A stretch of 64,000 nt of DNA from Acholeplasmataceae bacterium (GCA_050251655.1 JBFWMH010000009.1:1530-65529), one strand, 5' to 3'; positions 52,192 through 62,233 are shown, counted from the first letter of the stretch. The notes: a model not told the origin generated them from the letters alone. Program-made: numbers and translations.

Positions 52192-52461
52192 TTACCAACT
52201 AGCTTTTTTGACACCAGGTAGTTCACCTTTGTGTGCCAATTCACGAAATTTCAAACGTGATAAGCCAAACTTGCGCATATAGCCTCTTGGACGGCCATCG
52301 ATAGAATCACGATTTCTTACTCTAGTTGCAGATGCATTTCTAGGTAATTTTTGAAGAGCTTCGTAATCGCCAGCTTCTTTTAACTGAGCAACTTTTTCTC
52401 TATATCGTTCAACTACGACTTTACGTTTTTCGTTTTTAACGATTTTTGATTTTTTAGCCAT
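52192..52461 (-). CDS. rpsN: 30S ribosomal protein S14, 89-aa Zn-independent (C-) type
   Basis: [27 protein letters not shown]; no Cys. Confidence 0.96.
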   Translation of the reverse strand: MAKKSKIVKNEKRKVVVERYREKVAQLKEAGDYEALQKLPRNASATRVRNRDSIDGRPRGYMRKFGLSRLKFRELAHKGELPGVKKASW

Positions 52462-52472
52462 GTTGCGCCTCC

Positions 52473-53012
52473 TTATTTCTTAAACGGCATACCTAAGCCA
52501 CGTAATAATTCACGAGCTTCTTGGTCTGTCTTAGCCGTTGTTACAATAACAATATCCATCCCACGAACTTTTTTAACTTTATCCAAGCTAATTTCTGGGA
52601 AAATGATTTGTTCTTTAATACCTACTGTATAGTTTCCTCTACCATCAAATGAATTTGCAGAGATACCTCTAAAGTCACGTACACGTGGAAGTGCAACAGC
52701 AATTAATTTTTCTAAGAAATAATACATTCTGTCGCCACGTAGTGTTACTTTAGCACCGATTGGCATACCTTCTCTTAATTTAAAGTTAGAAATTGAGTTT
52801 TTAGCTTTAGTAACTACTGGTTTTTGACCTGTTAATAATTCTAATTCAGCAACTGCATCATCTAATACTTTAGGATTAAATACTGCATCACCTACACCCA
52901 TATTTACAACGATTTTATCAATTTTTGGAACTTCCATAATAGAAGTATAATTGAATGCTTTAATAAGTTCAGGTCTAACAACGTTTTCGTATTTGTTTTG
53001 AATTACACTCAT
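52473..53012 (-). CDS. rplE: 50S ribosomal protein L5
   Basis: [25 protein letters not shown]. Confidence 0.97.
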   Translation of the reverse strand: MSVIQNKYENVVRPELIKAFNYTSIMEVPKIDKIVVNMGVGDAVFNPKVLDDAVAELELLTGQKPVVTKAKNSISNFKLREGMPIGAKVTLRGDRMYYFLEKLIAVALPRVRDFRGISANSFDGRGNYTVGIKEQIIFPEISLDKVKKVRGMDIVIVTTAKTDQEARELLRGLGMPFKK

Positions 53013-53023
53013 GTTAAACCTCC

Positions 53024-53404
53024 TTAGTTATCTAAGCTTTCGCCAGATTTTTTAGCGTAGCGCACTTTGATTGGTTTACCATTTTTATCTAATGTTAATT
53101 CACCGTTTTTATCTGTCTTGAATTTGTAACCAACACGTGTTGGAACATTTTCTTTTGGATCAACAATCATTACATTTGAAACATGGATTGGTGCTTCTAC
53201 TTCAATAATGCCGCCTTTGTCATTTTGGTTTTTAGGTCTTTCATGTTTTTTAACAATGTTAACACCTTCAACTAAAACTCTATTTGTTTTAGGATATACT
53301 TTTAAGACGCGACCTGTCTTGCGAGTTTTGACTCCTTTTTTATCAGTTACGAATTGATCATGTCCAGCAATCACTGCAACTGTATCTCCAGATTTAATAT
53401 ACAT
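53024..53404 (-). CDS. rplX: 50S ribosomal protein L24 (with two insertions)
   Basis: [23 protein letters not shown]. Confidence 0.96.
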   Translation of the reverse strand: MYIKSGDTVAVIAGHDQFVTDKKGVKTRKTGRVLKVYPKTNRVLVEGVNIVKKHERPKNQNDKGGIIEVEAPIHVSNVMIVDPKENVPTRVGYKFKTDKNGELTLDKNGKPIKVRYAKKSGESLDN

Positions 53405-53418
53405 AGACTCTGACCTCC

Positions 53419-53787
53419 TTATAACACTTCTGGAGCTAGAGATACGATCTTCATGAAGTTCTTTTCTCTTAACTCTCTTGCCACTGGACCGAAAATACGA
53501 GTTCCACGTGGGTTTAAATCTTCTTTAATAATAACTGCTGCATTTTCATCAAATTTGATGTATGAGCCATCGGCGCGACGAAGACCTCTTGTTGTTCTTA
53601 CGATTACTGCTTTTAAAACATCACCTTTTTTAACCATACCAGCAGGTGCTGCTTTTTTAACAGTTACGACAACAACGTCTCCGATATTTGCGTAACGACG
53701 ACGAGTACCACCTAATACTTTGATGACAAGTACTTCTTTAGCGCCTGTATTATCGGCAACAGCTAAACGACTTTCTTGTTGTATCAT
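53419..53787 (-). CDS. rplN: 50S ribosomal protein L14
   Basis: [26 protein letters not shown]. Confidence 0.97.
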   Translation of the reverse strand: MIQQESRLAVADNTGAKEVLVIKVLGGTRRRYANIGDVVVVTVKKAAPAGMVKKGDVLKAVIVRTTRGLRRADGSYIKFDENAAVIIKEDLNPRGTRIFGPVARELREKNFMKIVSLAPEVL

Positions 53788-53800
53788 TGTTTCGCCCTCC

Positions 53801-54061
53801 TTACACTAAATCAGATTTAGCAATAACTTCTAAAAGACGGAATCTCTTAGTTTTTGATAGTGGTCTTGTTTCCATAATAGTCACTGTATCACCAATACCT
53901 GCTAAACCTTCTTCGTCATGCACGTGAAATTTTTTTGTTGCCTTTATATTTTTTCCATATAAAGGAGATTTTTTGTATGTGTCAACAATCACGGTAATCG
54001 TTTTATCCATTTTGTCAGATACAACTGTTCCCGTATAGACTTTTCTTTGTTTACGTTCCAT
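53801..54061 (-). CDS. rpsQ: 30S ribosomal protein S17
   Basis: [18 protein letters not shown]. Confidence 0.96.
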   Translation of the reverse strand: MERKQRKVYTGTVVSDKMDKTITVIVDTYKKSPLYGKNIKATKKFHVHDEEGLAGIGDTVTIMETRPLSKTKRFRLLEVIAKSDLV

Positions 54062-54071
54062 GGTATCCTCC

Positions 54072-54260
54072 TTATTCTGTACGTTCACTGATGATTGTCT
54101 TCATTTGAGCAATCGTCTTCTTAACTTGACTAATTCGAGCTGTGTTTTCAAGTTGACCTACAGCAAGTTGAAAGCGTAAGTTAAATAATTCTTTTTTAAG
54201 CTCGATAATACGTTTTTCCAAATCAGCTGTTGTTGCTTTTCTGATTTCTACTGCTTTCAC
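54072..54260 (-). CDS. rpmC: 50S ribosomal protein L29
   Basis: [19 protein letters not shown]. Confidence 0.96.
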   Translation of the reverse strand: MKAVEIRKATTADLEKRIIELKKELFNLRFQLAVGQLENTARISQVKKTIAQMKTIISERTE

Positions 54261-54673
54261 GCTTGCTCACCTCTTTTTACAATTTTGCATTTAATCGGTA
54301 ATTTATGAGATGCAAGGCGAAGTGCTTCTCTTGCAATTTCTTCTGAAACACCATTGATTTCAAACATAATTTTACCTTCTTTAACTACAGCCACCCAGTG
54401 GTCTGGAGCTCCTTTACCAGAACCCATACGCACTTCAAGTGGTTTCTTAGTTTTAGCTAAGTGAGGGAAGATATTAATCCATACTTTCCCTAATCTTTTC
54501 ATATGTCTAGTCATTGCAATTCTGGCAGCTTCGATTTGACGGTTTGTAATCCATGCGCCTTCTTGAGCAACAAGTGCAAAGTCACCATTCAAAATTTCAT
54601 TTCTACCTTTTGCTTTACCTTCATAACTTACACGATGAGGACGACGATATTTCGTTCTTTTTGGCATTAACAT
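54257..54673 (-). CDS. rplP: 50S ribosomal protein L16
   Basis: PKRTKYR, QIEAAR, RMGSGKG. Confidence 0.97.
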   Translation of the reverse strand: MLMPKRTKYRRPHRVSYEGKAKGRNEILNGDFALVAQEGAWITNRQIEAARIAMTRHMKRLGKVWINIFPHLAKTKKPLEVRMGSGKGAPDHWVAVVKEGKIMFEINGVSEEIAREALRLASHKLPIKCKIVKRGEQA

Positions 54674-54675
54674 AA

Positions 54676-55428
54676 TTAGTTGCCTCCCTTATCGTTGTTA
54701 TTTCTGCGATTACGTCTTGGCGCATTACCTCTGTTATTGTTATTTCTTTCGAATTGCTTCTTAAGATTTTCTTCTCTTGTTTGTCCTGGTAATACTTCAC
54801 CGTTGTAGATCCATACTTTGATACCTAAGATACCATATGTAGTATGAGCTTCAGCAGTTGCATAATCGATGTCTGCGCGAAGTGTATGTAGAGGCACTTG
54901 TCCTTCTGAATAACCTTCGCTTCTTGCCATTTCAGCACCACCTAAACGTCCTGAAACTAAAGTTCTTGCTCCTTTAGCACCAGATTTAAGCGCTCTTGAA
55001 ATTGCGATTTTTTGAACACGTCTAAATGATGCACGGTTTTCTAATTGTTGTGCAATACTTTGTGCAACTAATGTTGCAACGCGTTCTGGTCTTTGTACTT
55101 CAACTACGTTGAATACGATTTCTTTAGCTGTTAATTTTTCTAACTTTTCAACAACTTCTTTTTTAGTTACTGCATCGCGTCCGATAACAACACCTGGTTT
55201 AGCAGTGTGTAATGTAATTTTGACTCTGTCTTTACCACCTTTACCTTTAACGCGTTCGATTTCAATGTGAGAAACAGCAGCATTTTTGTAATAGTTATTA
55301 AGGAATTTGCGGATTTGTGCATCTTCTTTTACAAGTACTGGTACTAAGTTTTTATCTGCATACCATCTTGAGTCCCAATTACGGATGATGCCAACACGCA
55401 TACCTACTGGATTAACTTTTTGTCCCAT
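54676..55428 (-). CDS. rpsC: 30S ribosomal protein S3
   Basis: [27 protein letters not shown]. Confidence 0.97.
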   Translation of the reverse strand: MGQKVNPVGMRVGIIRNWDSRWYADKNLVPVLVKEDAQIRKFLNNYYKNAAVSHIEIERVKGKGGKDRVKITLHTAKPGVVIGRDAVTKKEVVEKLEKLTAKEIVFNVVEVQRPERVATLVAQSIAQQLENRASFRRVQKIAISRALKSGAKGARTLVSGRLGGAEMARSEGYSEGQVPLHTLRADIDYATAEAHTTYGILGIKVWIYNGEVLPGQTREENLKKQFERNNNNRGNAPRRNRRNNNDKGGN

Positions 55429-55440
55429 GTTCGCTCACCT

Positions 55441-55776
55441 CTACTCTTTCTCAGCCACAACTACAGTAATGTGGCTTGTTCTTTTTTGAATGATGTCGCC
55501 TTGACCTTTTGCACGTGGCAATAATCTCTTTAAGCGAGCACCTTCATTAACAAATATTTCTTTAACAAATAAATCATCAACATTTAAGTTTAGATTATTT
55601 TCTGCATTTGCAATCGCACTATTTAACACTTTAGCAATAATTGGTGAGGCAGCACGTGGTGTAAACATTAAAATCGCTTGAGCTTCTTTAACATTCTTAC
55701 CGCGAACTAGATCAGCAACTAATCTTGCTTTACGTGGTGCAATGCGAACTGTTCTAACAATAGCTTTTGCTTCCAT
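55441..55776 (-). CDS. rplV: 50S ribosomal protein L22
   Basis: [21 protein letters not shown]. Confidence 0.97.
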   Translation of the reverse strand: MEAKAIVRTVRIAPRKARLVADLVRGKNVKEAQAILMFTPRAASPIIAKVLNSAIANAENNLNLNVDDLFVKEIFVNEGARLKRLLPRAKGQGDIIQKRTSHITVVVAEKE

Positions 55777-55790
55777 GTGATCTCCTCCAA

Positions 55791-56072
55791 TTATTTCTTC
55801 TTAGCTTTTTTATCGTCTTTACCATGTCCATGGTAAGTACGTGTTGGTGCAAATTCACCGAATTTGTGTCCAACCATATCTTCTGTCACATATACAGGTA
55901 CATGTGATTTTCCGTTATAAACTGCGACTGTGTGTCCAACGAAATCTGGGAAAATTGTTGAACGACGTGACCATGTTTGAATCACTTTCTTTTCATTGGC
56001 AGCATTTTGTTTTTGCACTTTAGTCAATAAGTGTAAATCACAGAATGGGCCTTTTTTAATTGAACGTGCCAT
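55791..56072 (-). CDS. rpsS: 30S ribosomal protein S19
   Basis: [23 protein letters not shown]. Confidence 0.97.
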   Translation of the reverse strand: MARSIKKGPFCDLHLLTKVQKQNAANEKKVIQTWSRRSTIFPDFVGHTVAVYNGKSHVPVYVTEDMVGHKFGEFAPTRTYHGHGKDDKKAKKK

Positions 56073-56082
56073 AAATTTCCTC

Positions 56083-56913
56083 CTACTTCGTACGACGTCT
56101 GATGATTAAATCATTTGACGCTTTCTTAGAATCACGAGTCTTAACGCCACGAGCTTTTTTGCCCCATGGAGTCATTGGTGATTTTCTACCAATTGGTGTT
56201 CTACCTTCACCACCACCGTGTGGGTGATCATTAGGGTTCATAACAGAACCTCTAACTGTTGGTTTAATACCCATGTGTCTAGTTCTACCAGCTTTACCGA
56301 TATTAACTAATTCCCATGATTCATTACCAACAATACCTACAGTAGCGCGGCAAGTACCTAAGATTTTTCTAACTTCGCTTGATTGTAAGCGAACTAATAC
56401 ATATTTTTCTTCACGACCTAGAATTTGAGCAGATGCACCAGCACTACGTGCGATTTGTCCACCTTTACCTGGGCTTAATTCAATGTTGTGAACTGTAGTA
56501 CCCACAGGGATACTCATAATTGGCATTGCATTACCAACTTTAATATCTACTTGTTGACCTGAAACAATTTCCATGCCAACTTCTAATCCTTTAGGTGCTA
56601 AGATATATCTCTTTTCACCATCTGCGTAATGGATAAGAGCAATATTTGCAGAACGATTTGGATCGTACTCGATTGTAGCAACTTTACCTACGATATTGTC
56701 TTTATTACGTTTAAAATCAATTACACGATATTTTCTTTTAGCTCCACCACCGATATGTCTAACAGTGATTTTACCTTGGGCATTTCTACCGCCCGATTTA
56801 GAAAATGGCTCAAGTAGTGATTTTTCAGGAGTAGATGTTGTAATTTCTTCGAATGTTAACACACTCATGTTACGACGTCCATTAGTCGTCGGTTTGTATT
56901 TTTTAACCGCCAT
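56083..56913 (-). CDS. rplB: 50S ribosomal protein L2
   Basis: [27 protein letters not shown]. Confidence 0.97.
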   Translation of the reverse strand: MAVKKYKPTTNGRRNMSVLTFEEITTSTPEKSLLEPFSKSGGRNAQGKITVRHIGGGAKRKYRVIDFKRNKDNIVGKVATIEYDPNRSANIALIHYADGEKRYILAPKGLEVGMEIVSGQQVDIKVGNAMPIMSIPVGTTVHNIELSPGKGGQIARSAGASAQILGREEKYVLVRLQSSEVRKILGTCRATVGIVGNESWELVNIGKAGRTRHMGIKPTVRGSVMNPNDHPHGGGEGRTPIGRKSPMTPWGKKARGVKTRDSKKASNDLIIRRRTK

Positions 56914-56941
56914 TTTGGTTAAACCTCCTATATGTTTTCAC

Positions 56942-57229
56942 TTATACTGTGAAAGCTTCGATTTTTTGTCCTTCTGGAAGTTGGACAACAGCTTTCTTAT
57001 ATGCAGATTTAAGACCTTCATATTTACCAACTTTTTTAGCTTTTGGTAATACGTTAACTGTATTGATTTTTAATACGTTAACACCGAAGATAGCTTCAAT
57101 CGCTTTTTTAATTTCTACTTTGTTTGCTTTTCTATCAACTTTGAAAGTGTATTTGTTTTGACCTTCAATTAACTTCATTGATTGTTCTGTAATCACTGGA
57201 GCTTTGATAATTTCATAATACTTAGTCAT
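56942..57229 (-). CDS. rplW: 50S ribosomal protein L23
   Basis: PVITE, ANKVEIK, YKKAVV. Confidence 0.96.
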   Translation of the reverse strand: MTKYYEIIKAPVITEQSMKLIEGQNKYTFKVDRKANKVEIKKAIEAIFGVNVLKINTVNVLPKAKKVGKYEGLKSAYKKAVVQLPEGQKIEAFTV

Positions 57230-57851
57230 TGTTTAGTACCTCCTCTAAAGTTGCAACTGCATCTTTAGTAAGAATTAAGTTTTTACAATTAAGTAAATCA
57301 TAAACACTTACATGACTTGCTGAAGCTAATGCAACTGTTGGGATGTTTCTTGATGCTAACACTAAATTGTCATCAAATGTTTTTGAAACAACTAATGCTT
57401 TACCTTCAACACCTAATCCAGCAAGGAAATCAGCAAATAATTTTGTTTTTGGTTCTGCTAATTCGATTGCATCAACAACTTTTAATTGTCCTTGTGCTAA
57501 TTGATAAGATAATGCAGATCTAAAAGCAAGTTGTCTTACTTTTTGATTTAATTTAACTGCATAACTTCTTGGTGTTGGACCGAATACAACACCACCGTGT
57601 CTCCATTGTGGAGAACGTGTAGAACCTTGACGCGCACGTCCAGTTCCTTTTTGACGCCATGGTTTTCTCCCACCACCTGAAACTTCACCACGATTTTTAA
57701 CATCATGTGTACCTTGTCTCATTGCAGCTCTTTGTGCATTTACTACATCAAATAGAGCTTGTTGGTGTGGATCAATTCCAAAGACGAAATCTGATAATGC
57801 TAAGTCGGCAACTTTTTTACCAGATTGATTTACTATATCTACTTTTGGCAT
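57222..57851 (-). CDS. rplD: 50S ribosomal protein L4
   Basis: KPWRQKGTGRARQGS, GVVFGPTPR. Confidence 0.97.
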   Translation of the reverse strand: MPKVDIVNQSGKKVADLALSDFVFGIDPHQQALFDVVNAQRAAMRQGTHDVKNRGEVSGGGRKPWRQKGTGRARQGSTRSPQWRHGGVVFGPTPRSYAVKLNQKVRQLAFRSALSYQLAQGQLKVVDAIELAEPKTKLFADFLAGLGVEGKALVVSKTFDDNLVLASRNIPTVALASASHVSVYDLLNCKNLILTKDAVATLEEVLNND

Positions 57852-57868
57852 TTTTAAGTTCCTCCTTA

Positions 57869-58507
57869 TTAGTTTCCTTTAACAGCAGATTTCACAATGA
57901 CTAAACCTTTGTTTGGTCCTGGAACGCTACCGCTAATTAATAACAATTGATTTTCTACATCAACTTTCACAACTTTTAAATTTTGAATTGTGATTTGTTC
58001 ATGTCCCATATGTCCTGGAAGGTTTTTACCTTTCATGTTACCTTTGATTGGTCCCATTGAACCTGGACGACGATGATATCTAGAACCATGCGCCATAGGT
58101 CCACGACTTTGGTTGTGTCGCTTGATACTACCTGCGAAACCTTTACCTTTTGATGTACCTGTGACATCAACTGTTTCGCCATCTTTAAATAAATCTATGC
58201 TGACAGTGGCACCTACCGCTAAGTCTGTTAATTCATTTCCTAGCTCTTCTTTAAAGCGGATTTCTTTAATGAAGCGCTTAGGTGCTGTTTCAGCTTTTGC
58301 AACATGTCCCATTTCAGGTTTGTTGCTTAATTTTTCTCTTTTAGTTTCGAAACCAACTTGTGTTGCTACATAACCATCTGTATCAACGGTTTTTTGTTGT
58401 AACACCACATTATCAGCCACGTCTACAAGAGTTACTGGAACTAACTTACCATTTTCATCGAAAATTTGAGTCATTCCAACTTTTCTACCTAAGATTCCTT
58501 TGGCCAT
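57869..58507 (-). CDS. rplC: 50S ribosomal protein L3
   Basis: [22 protein letters not shown]. Confidence 0.97.
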   Translation of the reverse strand: MAKGILGRKVGMTQIFDENGKLVPVTLVDVADNVVLQQKTVDTDGYVATQVGFETKREKLSNKPEMGHVAKAETAPKRFIKEIRFKEELGNELTDLAVGATVSIDLFKDGETVDVTGTSKGKGFAGSIKRHNQSRGPMAHGSRYHRRPGSMGPIKGNMKGKNLPGHMGHEQITIQNLKVVKVDVENQLLLISGSVPGPNKGLVIVKSAVKGN

Positions 58508-58528
58508 AACCTGTTACCTCTTTCTTAA

Positions 58529-58837
58529 TTATTTTTTAAGTACAATGTCGATACCTGATGGTAAATCGATATCCATTAATGCACTGATTGTTTTTGGGTT
58601 TGGATCAATAATTTGGATTAAACGTTTGTGAGTTCTTCTTTCAAATTGTTCACGTGAATCTTTATTAACGTGTGGTGAACGAAGAATTGTGAATACTTCT
58701 TTTTGAGTTGGAAGTGGAATTGGACCTTGTACAGTCGCACCAGTTCTTAATGCACTTTCAACAATTTTCTTAGCAGCATCATCGATTAATCTGTGATCGT
58801 AAGCCTTCAAACGAATTTTAATTACATCTTTTGCCAT
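58529..58837 (-). CDS. rpsJ: 30S ribosomal protein S10
   Basis: [27 protein letters not shown]. Confidence 0.97.
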   Translation of the reverse strand: MAKDVIKIRLKAYDHRLIDDAAKKIVESALRTGATVQGPIPLPTQKEVFTILRSPHVNKDSREQFERRTHKRLIQIIDPNPKTISALMDIDLPSGIDIVLKK

Positions 58838-58842
58838 TTCTT

Positions 58843-58968
58843 TAAGCTCCTTTCGCCTATATTCATGTTATAGACTTGCTCCATGGAAAAACCTAACTAC
58901 ATAGACAACGGCTATCCGTGTGTCAGCAACCTTCCATTTCACAGCCTTACCGTGTTTGCACACGAGCG
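58843..58968 (-). ncRNA. Firmicutes-type S10 (rpsJ) leader RNA
   Basis: GC-rich leader containing AGGTTGCTGACACAC...CCATGGAGCAAGTCTAT...GGCGAAAGGAG, matching my recollection of the conserved Bacillus-type rpsJ 5' leader. Confidence 0.7.
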
Positions 58969-58973
58969 TTATT

Positions 58974-59002
58974 ATTATATATGAAAAGAGATAGAAAAGC
59001 AA
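58974..59002 (-). promoter_or_regulatory. Promoter of the S10 operon
   Basis: TTGCTT-17 nt-TATAAT. Confidence 0.7.
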
Positions 59003-59029
59003 CCTTTTTCTACCTCTTTTTGTATATTT

Positions 59030-60706
59030 TTATTCTTTTTTTTCTTTGTTTTTTTCTTTGTCTTTTTCTTTAGCTTTTTTGGCTTCTCTTCGCTTTTGAG
59101 CAACTCCAATATATCTTCCTCTAGTTGCTTCATGATTAGAAACTAATTTTTCTGCTAACCTTATTTGTGATAAAGGTATGATGAACTGAGTAAACCCCAT
59201 ATTAATGAGCTTTTGAAACAATCTCTCGTTTCTAATCATATTACCAGAAATCAAATGTGGAAGTCTAATTCCAGTTCTTCTCATATGTTGATGAGACTGC
59301 TGTATATACGTAAATAGTTCATGCTCAAAATCAAGCCATTCTAATTCATCATATCGATTAAAATCAAAGGATACTTCTTCTATTAAATCATTTAGACCTA
59401 TGATATTAAAATCCATTTTCTTTACATATTTTTCTATTTCATCAACTGAGTTCTCTGTCTCAAGCATGATACCAAATTTAGGTTTATACTCTTTAGGAAT
59501 CTTCTCAAAAATAAAATCCAATTTTTCTTTCCATAAAGGAATATCTCGATAATCTCGTAACATCGGAGCAACCACATTTACGTTTGCCTTAGTTTGCATT
59601 ATAGCATCTACTAAGGCTTCAAAAAATACTTCATAAATAATGGTTCTACTCCCGTTTTCAGTGATTGAAGTTTTGACATAACTTAAATAATTTAAGTGCT
59701 TGAACTCTCCAAAATCAGGAATTCTAACATTAATTTCTCTATACATAAATGCATTAAAAACTTTAACAAAAACATCTGTGAGCTCTTCTTTGAATGGTAC
59801 CATACCTTTAGTCATAAAAAAGTATTCTGTTCTAAACAATCCTAAAGAGTAGTAAAATTGTCTATTCTTAACTGATTCAAGAGGTCTTGTATCTACAATA
59901 TTTGCAAATATTTTTAATTGTTTCATACTATATTTAGAAAGTTCAAAACGCCCGATTGTGGAACCATCCACTTCTTTTACATATTGTTCATAGAGTTCTT
60001 TGTGTGGCTTAATATAAAAATGATTACGCTTATTATCAATAATAATTTTGTCGCCATTTTGGATATCTTCTTGTGATTTAATCATTGGAATCTCAAATGC
60101 ATGAGCAAACTCTACGACTTCATTTGGATTATTAACATCTCTAATCACAAGTCCTTTAACATACGGTGATAATTGATAAAAATATTCTTCATGAAATTCT
60201 TCTGTGACGACAATAATAGGTTCTTGATATTTAGAAATTTGATCCATAAATAAAACTCTTTTAATCAGTTTTTTTATTGGATATTCAAACTCATCTATCA
60301 ACTCGTCTGCTTTAGCGCGTGATTCTGGAAGTATATAAGTAGTAACAATACCCTCTTTTAACCTCACGCGTGCTTTTTCAAGTGCTAAATCATACAATTT
60401 TAAGAAAGAAACCTTTTTATTCTTTCTTATGTCCATCATGATATAGTCAAAATACCATATCCAAAATACTGTTTGCATGGCATCAGTTACCCTTTTGTAA
60501 TGCCACTCAGATTCTTCTGCTTCTTGGATTCGATAAAACGAATCAAAAAATCCCAATACTGTTCTTTGAATCTTAATAATCAATTCATCAATATGTTCAT
60601 GTTTAACATATTTATAATCTTTATTAGGATCAAAGATAACTGCTTTTCCATAAGCAGCGTGCTCAAAAAAAGTATCTTTTTCATACTTGTATGCACTATA
60701 AATCAT
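59030..60706 (-). CDS. PTS Enzyme I (PtsI)-like protein with degenerate catalytic residues
   Basis: Collinear EI motifs AAYGKA, EIPMI...GDKIIID, GLFRTEY, NVRIPDFG, GIMLET, IGLNDL. The His-site aligns to Glu196 and the Cys-site to Ser487. Confidence 0.8.
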   Translation of the reverse strand: MIYSAYKYEKDTFFEHAAYGKAVIFDPNKDYKYVKHEHIDELIIKIQRTVLGFFDSFYRIQEAEESEWHYKRVTDAMQTVFWIWYFDYIMMDIRKNKKVSFLKLYDLALEKARVRLKEGIVTTYILPESRAKADELIDEFEYPIKKLIKRVLFMDQISKYQEPIIVVTEEFHEEYFYQLSPYVKGLVIRDVNNPNEVVEFAHAFEIPMIKSQEDIQNGDKIIIDNKRNHFYIKPHKELYEQYVKEVDGSTIGRFELSKYSMKQLKIFANIVDTRPLESVKNRQFYYSLGLFRTEYFFMTKGMVPFKEELTDVFVKVFNAFMYREINVRIPDFGEFKHLNYLSYVKTSITENGSRTIIYEVFFEALVDAIMQTKANVNVVAPMLRDYRDIPLWKEKLDFIFEKIPKEYKPKFGIMLETENSVDEIEKYVKKMDFNIIGLNDLIEEVSFDFNRYDELEWLDFEHELFTYIQQSHQHMRRTGIRLPHLISGNMIRNERLFQKLINMGFTQFIIPLSQIRLAEKLVSNHEATRGRYIGVAQKRREAKKAKEKDKEKNKEKKE

Positions 60707-60731
60707 ATATTTAACGAAATCGGTCTATGTT

Positions 60732-61667
60732 TTATTTAAAGTTTCCTAATACATAATGAAATGCGCCGATCATGCCAGCGTCATTACCAGTAGTAGCTAG
60801 TAAAAACGGAATATCTCCAGTATTAAATCTTGAATGTTTCTTATAATATGTTTCAATCAAATCCAATAAATAGTTTCCTGCTTTAGAAATGCCCCCACCA
60901 ATAATAAATACATCAGGTTCAATTGTGATTGCTAAATTAACTGCTGCTATTGCTAAATGTTCAGCAACTCTATTTACAGTGTTGATTGCTGCTTGATCTT
61001 TTGCTTTTGCTGCATCAAATACATCTTTAACTGTAAATTGATCATTTAAAATAGAGCCTATTTGTTGTTTTTGTTTAGCTGCGAAATCTAAAATGCCTTT
61101 AGTTCCACACACTTGTTCCAAACATCCGTGTGCGCCACAACCACACACTTCATCTGTTTCGAAAACTTTGATGTGCCCGACTTCCCCTCCTAGTCCTGTT
61201 TTCCCTTCAATAATTTGAGAGTTTAAAATAATACCCCCGCCAACTCCCGTACCTAATGTGAATAACACGGCACTATCGTATGGTTTAATTAAACTTTTGT
61301 TTTCTCCTAATGCTGCCAAAGTTGCATCGTTTCCAACTTTTACAACAATGTGCTCTGGAAGAATTTGATGAAAGTTTTCAACTAAATCAAACTCACAAAA
61401 GTCTAAATTTGCACATGTTGAAACATATCCATTTTTTGTTGGACAAGGTATTGCTAAACCAATACCAAAAACATCATCCATTGAAATGTTTTCAGAAGCG
61501 TTCATATGATTCATTTCTTGAAATATAGTATCAAAGATTGTTTTTACATGGTCATCTTTTGGTGTTGGTACTTCTTTTTTTAGTATTAAAATGCTTTTAT
61601 CAATTGAAAAAAGCCCTATCTTAATAAATGTACCCCCAACATCTACACCATAAATATATTGATTCAT
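60732..61667 (-). CDS. glk: ROK family sugar kinase (glucokinase-like)
   Basis: GVDVGGT, GNDATLAALGE, TLGTGVGGG, GEVGH, CGCGAHGCLE, GGGIS, GNDAGMIGA. Confidence 0.88.
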   Translation of the reverse strand: MNQYIYGVDVGGTFIKIGLFSIDKSILILKKEVPTPKDDHVKTIFDTIFQEMNHMNASENISMDDVFGIGLAIPCPTKNGYVSTCANLDFCEFDLVENFHQILPEHIVVKVGNDATLAALGENKSLIKPYDSAVLFTLGTGVGGGIILNSQIIEGKTGLGGEVGHIKVFETDEVCGCGAHGCLEQVCGTKGILDFAAKQKQQIGSILNDQFTVKDVFDAAKAKDQAAINTVNRVAEHLAIAAVNLAITIEPDVFIIGGGISKAGNYLLDLIETYYKKHSRFNTGDIPFLLATTGNDAGMIGAFHYVLGNFK

Positions 61668-61706
61668 ATTTGCTCCTTTGTTTCGAACATTAATTTTACA
61701 AAAATT

Positions 61707-61735
61707 ATTATAACATACATATATATGTATGACAA
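61707..61735 (-). promoter_or_regulatory. ROK kinase promoter with a palindromic spacer
   Basis: TTGTCA-17 nt-TATAAT with extended -10 TG; perfect palindrome CATACATATATATGTATG at 61714-61731. Confidence 0.75.
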
Positions 61736-61746
61736 TTGAGAAAAAC

Positions 61747-61777
61747 AAAAAAGCAAAACTTAAATGTTTTGCTTTTT
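61747..61777 (-). terminator. Terminator after degV-marR
   Basis: AAAAAGCAAAAC-N6-GTTTTGCTTTTT. Confidence 0.78.
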
Positions 61778-61782
61778 ACTAA

Positions 61783-62220
61783 TTAATACTTGTTTTTAAA
61801 GTAATTGCTTATGTTTTCTAATGATTTCACTAGAACTTCATCTTCATCAATTTTTAAATCATCTATGATAGAGGAAAGCATATCTTCATGGAATAAATCA
61901 TGAATAGCTAAGACTTTAAATGCAGAATCATTAAGTTGAAGATATACTTTTCTTCGATCGTTTTCATCTCTATATCTGTCAACAAATTCTTTTTTAACTA
62001 AAACATTCACTGAAGTTGTTAATGTTCCTAATGTAATTCTCAATCTTTGAGCAACATTTCCCATTGTAGGAACTTCTGTGTTTCTTATGGCTTCAAGTAC
62101 ATGAACTTCTGTCATTGACAATTTAACACCTTGTTTTTTTAACGTGTCAGCTTCTATACTTAATATTTGATTAAATACTTCAACCAATAGTTCGTTGATG
62201 AGTTGTTTAGCTTGTGCCAT
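61783..62220 (-). CDS. MarR family regulator (FabT-like)
   Basis: LVEVFNQILSIE, SMTEVHVLEAI, ITLGTLTTSVNVLVKKEFV, DRRKV, HDLFH; SD GAGGAGG. Confidence 0.85.
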   Translation of the reverse strand: MAQAKQLINELLVEVFNQILSIEADTLKKQGVKLSMTEVHVLEAIRNTEVPTMGNVAQRLRITLGTLTTSVNVLVKKEFVDRYRDENDRRKVYLQLNDSAFKVLAIHDLFHEDMLSSIIDDLKIDEDEVLVKSLENISNYFKNKY

Positions 62221-62233
62221 GTGATCCCTCCTC

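Noticed and set aside
54676-54760. Asn/Arg-rich repeats at the S3 C-terminus and the Lys/Glu-rich EI-like tail as DNA repeat elements
   Set aside because: Low-complexity protein tails, not repeat families
59030-60706. Calling the EI-like ORF a pseudogene or a functional ptsI
   Set aside because: There is no frameshift or internal stop, so it is not a pseudogene by sequence. Both catalytic residues are substituted, so it is not a canonical PtsI.
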